64,000 bases of DNA, taken from Alphaproteobacteria bacterium (lineage in GTDB: Bacteria; Pseudomonadota; Alphaproteobacteria; Rs-D84). Numbering within the stretch: position 1 is the stretch's first letter; each line of letters starts with the position of its first letter. Positions 50,204 to 58,154 of this stretch are shown here, piece after piece. Made by a program: the position numbers and the translations under genes. The stretch is from assembly GCA_017631895.1 (NCBI GenBank), contig JAGBSK010000030.1, positions 12,296-76,295 on the forward strand, given 5' to 3'. The notes under the pieces are model-generated. The model saw only the letters and a list, made by a program, of their open reading frames with translations, made no database searches and was not told the DNA's origin.

Positions 50204-50854
50204 ATGGCAACCATGCTGGAAAGAAATAAAAAGGTCAAAGCACCCAAGAAAACACACGCAGAACACATGGAAGACGCCCTTTATCGTGAGGTTTGGGAAG
50301 ACGTCAACAACGAAAAAACAATGCAGTTTATTAAAAAGTATTCCAAACCTATGATGGTTGCGGCGTTTGCGATAATGATTATCGCAACTGGAATTCAGAT
50401 TGGTGTGCGTACCCACCGTGCGAATAAAATAGCAACCGCCAACGCCTATGAAATGGCAATTGAAAACGCAGATGCAAATGCTTTGGCGGCGTTGTCTGAT
50501 AATGCGTCGGGTGCAACAGCGGATCTGGCGTTGTTCCAGGCGTACCTGTTGGACAATGATATTAATAAATTGGAAAAACTGGCAAACGACGGCAATACGG
50601 CTGATTTCCGCGATTTGGCGCGTTTGCACGTTGTTGGAATTCGTGGCGATGATATGTCCGCAGATGAAATGAAAAAATATCTGTCCGATATGGATTCTAA
50701 GAATTCACCATTCTATTACACGGCGCGCATTACGTTGGCGCAAAAGTATCTGGCATCTGGCGACGTGGCGACGGCGAATGAAATCTTGGACGATTTAATT
50801 GCCGATAAAAACACACCATCAACAATTGCGGCGACTGCGGCATCTTTGCGTTAA
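50204..50854 (+). CDS. YfgM-like membrane-anchored TPR protein
   Basis: N-terminal TM then helical repeats; immediately upstream of a BamB-like gene (yfgM-bamB synteny). Confidence 0.4.
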   Translation: MATMLERNKKVKAPKKTHAEHMEDALYREVWEDVNNEKTMQFIKKYSKPMMVAAFAIMIIATGIQIGVRTHRANKIATANAYEMAIENADANALAALSDNASGATADLALFQAYLLDNDINKLEKLANDGNTADFRDLARLHVVGIRGDDMSADEMKKYLSDMDSKNSPFYYTARITLAQKYLASGDVATANEILDDLIADKNTPSTIAATAASLR

Positions 50855-50865
50855 TGGGGTAAAAA

Positions 50866-51600
50866 ATGCGTCGGATTTATGCGATTTTATGTTGTTTGTT
50901 CGTGGTTGCGGCATGTGATAAACATGATCCTATCTTGCCGGGTGTGCGCACCCCAATATTTGACACAGACGGTGTTAATGTACAAAACCAAGAAATCATG
51001 GACATCCCACAAATTGCTTATACGTTCGACAACACGAATTGCCCATATACCCAGGATTCAAACAATGTTGTCTGGGAAGGGACGCGCAAAATCTTTGGCG
51101 GTTTCCCAACAAACAATACGGTTTCGGCAAACCCAAAACCGGTTTGCAGCGGCAAATATGTCTATGCGGGGCTGTCAACTGGCGAACTGGTAAAAATAAA
51201 CCCAAAAAATCGTCAAATTATGTGGATTGCGGACATTTATCGGGCCAGTAATATGACCGGTGGTGCATCCATGGTTGATATCATCGCGCCGGTTGTGCCA
51301 TACGAAAATTCTGTATACGTGGCGGGATTGGGTGATGCGTTTTGTCGTGTAAATGCCACGTCAGGCACGAAAAATTGGTGTGTAAATATTGCGTCCGCCC
51401 TGCCCTTTGTTATTGCGGGCAATTATGCATTTGTTGTTGCAACGGACAATAATTTATACGCGGTATCATTAAAGAATGGCGCGGTTTTTTGGCGCAGCGC
51501 GACGGAACAGCAGGTTGCCCCAACATATGACGCGGGCCACATAATTGTGGGACGCGAAACATTTGATGTGCGGGACGGCAAAAAAATACTGGACAAATAA
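50866..51600 (+). CDS. bamB: BamB-like PQQ beta-propeller lipoprotein (unusually short, 244 aa)
   Basis: Lipobox ..VVAAC, repeated YAV/YVAG beta-propeller blades. Confidence 0.45.
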   Translation: MRRIYAILCCLFVVAACDKHDPILPGVRTPIFDTDGVNVQNQEIMDIPQIAYTFDNTNCPYTQDSNNVVWEGTRKIFGGFPTNNTVSANPKPVCSGKYVYAGLSTGELVKINPKNRQIMWIADIYRASNMTGGASMVDIIAPVVPYENSVYVAGLGDAFCRVNATSGTKNWCVNIASALPFVIAGNYAFVVATDNNLYAVSLKNGAVFWRSATEQQVAPTYDAGHIIVGRETFDVRDGKKILDK

Positions 51601-51639
51601 AAAAATATGTTATATTATGCAGTCCGCTGACAAGGCTTT

Positions 51640-51716
51640 GGGTGTTTAGCTCAGTTGATTAGAGCATCTCGTTTACACCGAGAGGGTCGGGGGTTTGAGT
51701 CCCTCAACACCCACCA
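51640..51716 (+). tRNA. tRNA-Val (TAC)
   Basis: GGGTGTT/AACACCC acceptor stem, GCTCAGTTGATTAGAGC D-arm, TTTACAC anticodon loop, CCA encoded. Confidence 0.9.
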
Positions 51717-51721
51717 AAAAT

Positions 51722-51748
51722 TAAACCGCCAAATGGCGGATTTTTTAT
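51722..51748 (+). terminator. Terminator CCGCC-AAAT-GGCGG + T6 after tRNA-Val
   Basis: Read directly. Confidence 0.7.
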
Positions 51749-51768
51749 CCGAAAATTATGGACAGATT

Positions 51769-51990
51769 ATGAAACACGATATAAACGTAAAAGAATTTTT
51801 AGAACAAACTTTGTTATGTGCCGCTGCAATTGGTATTGTGTTTCATTTGAATTCAAAATTTTCGCCTAAATCACAGCAAGACATACAATCTAAGGAATAT
51901 AAGGTTGAACAACTGGATTCTGCCCAGGTTGATTCGGTGCGAAATATACAAAAAATGTGGGTGTTGTCCAATAATATAAAATCAAGATAA
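51769..51990 (+). CDS. Small hypothetical membrane protein (73 aa)
   Basis: ORF only, one hydrophobic segment. Confidence 0.2.
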   Translation: MKHDINVKEFLEQTLLCAAAIGIVFHLNSKFSPKSQQDIQSKEYKVEQLDSAQVDSVRNIQKMWVLSNNIKSR

Positions 51991-52151
51991 TCTGATGGCG
52001 CCCCAAATGTTGCAGTTGCTGATGATGCGCGAAACCAAGATTAAAAATAAATAATCAATGGCCCAGATTTCTGGGCATTTATTTTTTTGTATTTCTGAAA
52101 AATATGGTATAAAATATCCGCATTGATTAATTATTACAAAAGGGGAAAAAT

Positions 52152-52790
52152 ATGAAAAAAACAGTATCTATTTTGGCGGTTCTGGCATTGGTTGCGGGTT
52201 GCACAACTGTAAATCCATACACGGGTCAGACCCAAACCGCAAAATCCACATGGGGAACTGCGATTGGCGCGGCAACCGGCGCACTGATTGGTTCTACCCA
52301 AAGCAGCACGGGTGCCTTGGTCGGTGGCTTGGCGGGTGCGGCCGTTGGTGGCGGGGTTGGTTATTATCTGGATGCCCAGGCTGCGGAACTGCGCGCAGAA
52401 TTGGTGTCAACCGGTGTCCAGGTTGTCGAAGATAACGACAGCATTCGTTTGATTATGCCGGGAAATATTACTTTCAAAACAGATTCAGCAGATATTAATT
52501 CATCATTCTATCCAGTATTAAATTCCGTGGCCAAGGTTTTGAACAAATATTCAAATTCAACCGTTATGGTGTCGGGTCATACTGACAGCACGGGCAGCGC
52601 TGATTACAATCTGAACTTGTCGCGCGAACGTGCGTCGTCCGTCGCGTCTTATTTACAAGGTCAGGGTGTAAAATCATCCCGGTTCGAGGTATTAGGTCTG
52701 GGCTCATCAAATCCAATTGCGTCGAATTCTACGGCGGATGGTCGCGCCCAGAACCGTCGCGTGGAAATAAAAATTATTCCAAACAAATAA
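52152..52790 (+). CDS. OmpA-family (Pal-like) lipoprotein with Gly-rich linker
   Basis: Lipobox LVAGC, OmpA C-domain motifs (SGHTDS.GS..YN..LS..RA). Confidence 0.8.
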   Translation: MKKTVSILAVLALVAGCTTVNPYTGQTQTAKSTWGTAIGAATGALIGSTQSSTGALVGGLAGAAVGGGVGYYLDAQAAELRAELVSTGVQVVEDNDSIRLIMPGNITFKTDSADINSSFYPVLNSVAKVLNKYSNSTVMVSGHTDSTGSADYNLNLSRERASSVASYLQGQGVKSSRFEVLGLGSSNPIASNSTADGRAQNRRVEIKIIPNK

Positions 52791-52792
52791 AA

Positions 52793-52820
52793 AATCCCGG
52801 CAACCGCCGGGATTTTTATA
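52793..52820. terminator. Bidirectional terminator ATCCCGGC-AACC-GCCGGGAT + T5
   Basis: Read directly. Confidence 0.7.
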
Positions 52821-53676
52821 TATTTAATTTCTTTTGCATTTCAATCAATACGGGGGTATCAACGCCTAAATCTTGTGCGCGGGAAATAAGCCCCCCCAAC
52901 GCATAAATTCCCTCGACTGTGCCTTGTGGCGGGTTGCCTTGCGCGATTGCCATGCCGCCTGCAAAATTGCGACTGGTTGCGCTGGTTGCAGACAGGAACA
53001 AATCCCCAATTCCGCACAGTCCCAAAAACGACCGCATCTGTCCGCCCATCGCCATACCGATTGCCATCACTTCGTTCCATGCACGTGTGAATATCAATGC
53101 GCGTTCATTTTCGCCGCATACAACACTGTTGTATCCGCAAATCAAAGCAACTGCATTTTTCCCAACCCCACATACCTGGGTACCTATAATATCGTCGCTT
53201 ACCTCAATATACAGTTTGTTCAATGCGCCCTGCCCTGCGACAATTGCGTTGCGTGTTCCTGCCAGGGTTGAACCCGTGGGTTCGCCTTGTGCCACTTCGG
53301 CTGCGAATTGCGGTCCGGACAATACCCCAAAATCCACACATTCTGGAATTTCTGTATTTAATATCTCGGACATAAATTGCCCGGTTGAGCTTTCTGCGCC
53401 CTTGGTACAAATAATAATCGGTTGTCCGTTATAAAAATCGCGCGCTTTGCGCATGGTTTCGCGGAAAAAAGCCCCCGGCGTCACCACCAACCAAGCATCC
53501 ATATCGTGCATTTCGTGCAAATCCGCCGTCATTCTTAAATTTTGTGGCATTTGCACGTTTTCAAAAACCTTGTGTTCCCCGTCATAAGACCACAGAACCA
53601 CATCCGCCCCGCCCCGTGCGGCGGTAATTGCCAGTGCGGTACCCCATGCACCAGCACCAATTACACCTACTTTCAT
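52816..53676 (-). CDS. gpsA: NAD(P)H-dependent glycerol-3-phosphate dehydrogenase
   Basis: N-terminal Rossmann MKVGVIGAGAWGTALA, GpsA C-domain. Confidence 0.85.
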   Translation of the reverse strand: MKVGVIGAGAWGTALAITAARGGADVVLWSYDGEHKVFENVQMPQNLRMTADLHEMHDMDAWLVVTPGAFFRETMRKARDFYNGQPIIICTKGAESSTGQFMSEILNTEIPECVDFGVLSGPQFAAEVAQGEPTGSTLAGTRNAIVAGQGALNKLYIEVSDDIIGTQVCGVGKNAVALICGYNSVVCGENERALIFTRAWNEVMAIGMAMGGQMRSFLGLCGIGDLFLSATSATSRNFAGGMAIAQGNPPQGTVEGIYALGGLISRAQDLGVDTPVLIEMQKKLNI

Positions 53677-55289
53677 TTTATTTTCCTTATTTTTCTTTCA
53701 ATTACGGGGATAACTGTCAATCCATCATCAGATAAATCAATTGCACGCATGTATGCTTCTACTGCCTTGTCAACTTCGCCCGTGATTGCATACATGTCCC
53801 CCAGGTGCTCGAACAAAGAAGAACACGTTGCGGATACCTCACCCACGCGTTCTAACACTTCCAACGCGGCGTCCACACCTTCACGTTGTGCAACCACAAC
53901 CCCCAGTGTATCCCACGCCAGAACATCAGTTGGATTTTGCTTTACCAGCATCATTGCATAGTCGTATGCATTATCCAATTCTCGGTTTTGTGCGGCCCAA
54001 ATTTTCGCCTGCAACAATACGATTTCACCGTCCATCATCAGTGTCTCAGACGCGGTGCGCAAATCATCCTGTGCGGCATCTAAATCGCCAAATGCATAAT
54101 ATATTTGTGCACGCCCCTTGGTAAAGAACGCCCTGCCCGCCTCGTTCAAATTATCATCATTTAATGCGCGGTTTATCACGCGCAATGCGGCGCGCCGATT
54201 GCCGTGTTTAATATGATAACCCACCAATTTATTTACCGCCGGCACAAACAGTGGGTGCGCCCGCAACGCGTCTTGTAATTCATCTATATTTCCAGTCTTT
54301 TCCGCTTTGCGTAATACACCAAACAAAAAGAACGGACTGTCTGTATTTATGCGATTAAAATGCGTCGCCCAATCTCCACGATTATTCCAAAAATAGTTCC
54401 CCAGATAGTAGTCAATTGCATTATTATTTTCTGCAAAATCTGGTGCGGTAATTTGTGCAAACCGCAACAACAGCATCGCCAAATCGGAATACATCATAAT
54501 CTGGGTGTGTGAAACATTTTGTACCAAACTGAACGCCAGTTGATTTTTATACCCTGAATACACAGACCAATCTGGTATGTTTTCATAATCCAGCATAAAC
54601 ATTCCACCTGGTCGTGTGGTAAATTCGGCACGCAACGCGTCCGCCCTGTCTGGCATATTATGGTGCGTATAGAACGACATCACATACAAATAATCGTTTA
54701 TATTCATGAAATCAATATTAACCGCGGCAAAATTTTCCACCGCCTTGTCCATGTCGCCCAATTCGGCATAAATTTGACCACGAACAAAGGCCTTCCATGA
54801 ATTATTTGTTGGTAATTTTTCTATGAATTTGAACGTATTCGTACGCCAGTCATTTGCAATCGCGGACCATATACGCAAAGGTGCCGCCAATGCAGATTCG
54901 TCTGTTTTGTGGCGGTTGTGCAATTCTTTCCAGTTGTCATTTTTAATCAGATACGCATCATAAATCATTCGCGCCGGCATACTTTTTTCATTTTTAAGCA
55001 AATGTGCGTCAAACGGCATGCGACCACTTAAAAAATCTGATATATAAACGGTATTTTGTACAACTGGGTATTGAACGTCGCGCAGACCTTCGGTCAATTT
55101 GTTGGCTGTATCAAAATCGTTCACATACACCGCATGCTGGGCTGCCAAAAAAGCACCATATTTGGTTGTGGGAAACTCGTACTTTATGCCCTGCCCTGTG
55201 GTATGTGTGGCGTTCCAAATTGCGCCACCTGTAATGACGATGGCGGCAAATAAACCGACTGTGATAAATAAACTTTCTATTTTTCTCAT
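53673..55289 (-). CDS. Membrane-anchored tetratricopeptide-repeat protein (4-nt overlap with gpsA)
   Basis: N-terminal TM, multiple TPR-like helical repeats. Confidence 0.55.
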   Translation of the reverse strand: MRKIESLFITVGLFAAIVITGGAIWNATHTTGQGIKYEFPTTKYGAFLAAQHAVYVNDFDTANKLTEGLRDVQYPVVQNTVYISDFLSGRMPFDAHLLKNEKSMPARMIYDAYLIKNDNWKELHNRHKTDESALAAPLRIWSAIANDWRTNTFKFIEKLPTNNSWKAFVRGQIYAELGDMDKAVENFAAVNIDFMNINDYLYVMSFYTHHNMPDRADALRAEFTTRPGGMFMLDYENIPDWSVYSGYKNQLAFSLVQNVSHTQIMMYSDLAMLLLRFAQITAPDFAENNNAIDYYLGNYFWNNRGDWATHFNRINTDSPFFLFGVLRKAEKTGNIDELQDALRAHPLFVPAVNKLVGYHIKHGNRRAALRVINRALNDDNLNEAGRAFFTKGRAQIYYAFGDLDAAQDDLRTASETLMMDGEIVLLQAKIWAAQNRELDNAYDYAMMLVKQNPTDVLAWDTLGVVVAQREGVDAALEVLERVGEVSATCSSLFEHLGDMYAITGEVDKAVEAYMRAIDLSDDGLTVIPVIERKIRKIK

Positions 55290-55310
55290 GATTATGCTAG
55301 AATAGTACTT

Positions 55311-55871
55311 ATGAGTAATAAAGTCAAATTTGAACGCTATGCGGAACTGTTGCGCGAATGGTCGGAACGTATGAATCTAGTCGCGCCCAGTACGTTAAAT
55401 GATATCGAAAACCGTCATATTGCAGATTCTGCGCAGTTGGCGGATGTTTTGCCTAAAAATGTTCATATAATAGATTTGGGCAGTGGTGCCGGATTTCCCG
55501 GTGTTGTTCTTGCGATTTTGGGGTGGCACGTTGTTTGTATCGAATCGATTGGTAAAAAGGTTGCATTTTTGAATGCGGTTAAATCCGAATTGGGGTTAGA
55601 TAACCTGACAATTTATCACGGTCGCGTCGAAGATTATGTCCGGCATTTACCGGCAAATTCGAATGATTTTGTGTTCACGGCGCGCGCTTTTGCGTCGTTA
55701 ACAAAGATAATGGACTATGTTGCGCACACAAAATACCGGCTTTTTCTATTAAAAGGTCGCGAAATTGCCGGGGAAATTGATGCGGCAAAAACAAAATATA
55801 AATTCGAATATGACTTGACGCCGTCTAAAACGGGTGATGGTTTTATAATTTCTGTGCGTTTTTGCCGGTAA
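55311..55871 (+). CDS. rsmG: 16S rRNA (guanine527-N7)-methyltransferase
   Basis: GidB family SAM motif (DLGSGAGFPG). Confidence 0.85.
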   Translation: MSNKVKFERYAELLREWSERMNLVAPSTLNDIENRHIADSAQLADVLPKNVHIIDLGSGAGFPGVVLAILGWHVVCIESIGKKVAFLNAVKSELGLDNLTIYHGRVEDYVRHLPANSNDFVFTARAFASLTKIMDYVAHTKYRLFLLKGREIAGEIDAAKTKYKFEYDLTPSKTGDGFIISVRFCR

Positions 55872-55885
55872 TTTCATGTGAAATT
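55870..55885. promoter_or_regulatory. parS-like site 1 (AATTTCATGTGAAATT; 11/12 match to the TTTCACGTGAAA core)
   Basis: Read directly; identical second copy at 55978. Confidence 0.5.
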
Positions 55886-55934
55886 CATGTTAAATTGTTG
55901 AAAAAAGAACATAAATACAAAAAATAATAAAAAA

Positions 55935-55956
55935 GCCGGCAAAAGCCGGTATTTTT
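55935..55956 (+). terminator. Terminator GCCGGC-AAAA-GCCGGT + T5 after rsmG
   Basis: Read directly. Confidence 0.6.
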
Positions 55957-55977
55957 ATATCTGTGAAAAATATTCAT

Positions 55978-55993
55978 AATTTCATGTGAAATT
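55978..55993. promoter_or_regulatory. parS-like site 2 (AATTTCATGTGAAATT) abutting the TGTTGATAA 9-mer
   Basis: Read directly. Confidence 0.5.
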
Positions 55994-56097
55994 GTTGATA
56001 ACTTAATGTTTTTATTGTGTTTTTAGTGTGGAAAATATAACCCTTGACCGAATCGTGCGGTTTTTATAACCTTTTATTGAAAAAATGGAAGGGGTTT

Positions 56098-56880
56098 ATG
56101 ACACGTATAATTGCATTTGCAAATCAAAAGGGCGGGGTGGGTAAAACCACAACTGCAATAAATATTGGTGCGTCTTTGGCGGCGATTAAAAAGCGTGTCT
56201 TGCTGGTCGATTTAGATCAACAGGGCAATGCCGGAACGGGTTTGGGTTTTGAACGTGCATCCCATCGTCAAAGTGTATATGGCGTGATTATGGGAACGGC
56301 AAATGCGGCGGACAATATTTTGTCCACGGCGGTGCCGGGGTTGCATTTGTTGCCGTCGTCCCAGGCATTGGCGGGTGCGGACGTTGATTTGTTGGATATG
56401 GAAAATCGCGAATTTCGTCTGCGCGATGCGTTGCGTCCAATAATGGAATATTATGATTATATACTGCTGGATTGTCCGCCGGCTTTGGGGTATTTAACAA
56501 TCAATGCATTAACGACTGCGGATTCTGTTATCATACCCCTTCAGTGTGAATTTTTTGCATTAGAGGGTGTTCAGCAATTAACCGACACAATTGACATTGT
56601 GCAAAAAAAATGGAATCCAGAATTAAAGATTCTGGGTGTATTGCTGACAATGTATGATCGTCGTTATGGTTTGACGCGTGCGGTTGACGAAGATGTTCGC
56701 AAAACGTTTGGTGATGTTGTGTTCAAAACGGTTGTGCCACGTAATGTCCGCGTGTCCGAGGCCCCGTCCCACGGCAAACCTGCATTGTTTTATGATTTTA
56801 ATTCAACCGGTGCCCAGGCATACTTGCGTGTCGCGACCGAGGTTGTGGAAAGAACTATGGGGGGGACAGATGGCGAATAA
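56098..56880 (+). CDS. parA: Chromosome partitioning ATPase ParA
   Basis: Deviant Walker A KGGVGKTT, 260 aa. Confidence 0.9.
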   Translation: MTRIIAFANQKGGVGKTTTAINIGASLAAIKKRVLLVDLDQQGNAGTGLGFERASHRQSVYGVIMGTANAADNILSTAVPGLHLLPSSQALAGADVDLLDMENREFRLRDALRPIMEYYDYILLDCPPALGYLTINALTTADSVIIPLQCEFFALEGVQQLTDTIDIVQKKWNPELKILGVLLTMYDRRYGLTRAVDEDVRKTFGDVVFKTVVPRNVRVSEAPSHGKPALFYDFNSTGAQAYLRVATEVVERTMGGTDGE

Positions 56881-57748
56881 ATTTGGATTGGGACGTGGAT
56901 TGGCGGATATCGGGGCGGCGCGTGGCGCGATACCTGATATATCTTTGTTGACCCAGAACGAACGTGTTGTGGTAAAGCAAATCCCGTTGGCGCAAATTGG
57001 GGCAAATCCGGACCAGCCACGTAAAACATTCACAGAATCGGAATTGTCGGATTTGGCGGCGTCTATTCGTGAACGCGGCGTTTTGCAACCGATTTTATTG
57101 CGCAGCGTACAAAATCGCCCATATATGTATGAAATTGTTGCGGGCGAACGTCGTTATCGTGCATCCAAAATGGCGGGGTTATCGGAAATTCCAGCGTTGG
57201 TAAAATCTATGGATGATAACAATGCGCGCGAAATTGCGCTGATTGAAAATGTTCAGCGTGAAAACCTGAACCCAATCGAGGAAGCCAATGCTTACAAAAA
57301 TCTGATGGAATGTTGCGATTATGAATTGGCGGATGTTTCGCGTCTGATTGGCAAATCGGCCAGTTATATTCGCAATATGCTGTGTTTGACATCGTTGCCG
57401 GAATCTGTACAAAGTTTGGTAGAGCAGGGCGAACTGTCTGCGTCGCACGCGCGTACGATTGCGGTTGCTGAAAATCCGGAAAATCTGGCGCATAAAATCA
57501 TCGCGGAAAAATTATCGGTTGCCGAAACGGGCAAACTTGTAAAGTCTGCGCCACGCGCAAAATCCAAGCGTGCGCACGCTGCAAAAACAATTGATGCGGC
57601 ATCTGTTCGTGATATTGAAACGCGTATCAAAGCGGTCCTGGGCGTGCCAGTAAAATTGACCGAACGTCGTGGCGGGGCGGGGCAGATAACATTATCGTTC
57701 GCCACCCGCACCCAATTACACGAATTGGTTGCAAGATTAATCAAATAA
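56870..57748 (+). CDS. parB: Chromosome partitioning protein ParB
   Basis: GLGRGL N-terminus, ParB box (GERRYRA), HTH; overlaps the parA end. Confidence 0.9.
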   Translation: MANKFGLGRGLADIGAARGAIPDISLLTQNERVVVKQIPLAQIGANPDQPRKTFTESELSDLAASIRERGVLQPILLRSVQNRPYMYEIVAGERRYRASKMAGLSEIPALVKSMDDNNAREIALIENVQRENLNPIEEANAYKNLMECCDYELADVSRLIGKSASYIRNMLCLTSLPESVQSLVEQGELSASHARTIAVAENPENLAHKIIAEKLSVAETGKLVKSAPRAKSKRAHAAKTIDAASVRDIETRIKAVLGVPVKLTERRGGAGQITLSFATRTQLHELVARLIK

Positions 57749-57774
57749 AAAAGTTAATAAAAAAGCCGGCAAAT

Positions 57775-57856
57775 GCCGGCATTTTTATATAAAGTATAAA
57801 CGTAAATAAATTTGTTAATTATTTGCCGGCTTTTGCCGGCTTTTTTGTTGTTTTTA
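57775..57856. terminator. Pair of inverted GCCGGC-AAAT-GCCGGC hairpins (57775-57790 and 57835-57850) after parB
   Basis: The second hairpin is the reverse complement of the first, about 45 bp apart. Confidence 0.6.
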
Positions 57857-57935
57857 TGTGTAAACAAAAAATAAATTGAAAATCGGCATTTGTTTTAGTA
57901 GTCTGAACATACAAATAAAAATTATGGGGAAAGTC

Positions 57936-58130
57936 ATGGAAGAAAACAAATTGTCATTCGAAGAAGCGTACAAGCAATTAATGGAATTGGTAAAGAAAAT
58001 GGAATCTGGCGAATTGCCTTTGGCGGATTCTGTTGCCGCATACGAACAGGGTATTAAGTTAAAGGCATACTGTGAGCTTTTGTTAAAAGAAGCAGAACTG
58101 AAAATCGAAACCCTGAAAGTGGGCGCATAA
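57936..58130 (+). CDS. xseB: Exodeoxyribonuclease VII small subunit
   Basis: SFEEAYKQLMELVKKMESGELPL matches the XseB signature; RBS GGGGAAAG. Confidence 0.75.
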   Translation: MEENKLSFEEAYKQLMELVKKMESGELPLADSVAAYEQGIKLKAYCELLLKEAELKIETLKVGA

Positions 58131-58154
58131 TTTATAAACTAAACGGATTTTATC

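Noticed and set aside
51655-51768. ORF-track start of the 111-aa ORF beginning inside tRNA-Val
   Set aside because: It overlaps the tRNA and its terminator. Only the downstream ATG at 51769 is even conceivable, and that ORF is itself low-confidence.
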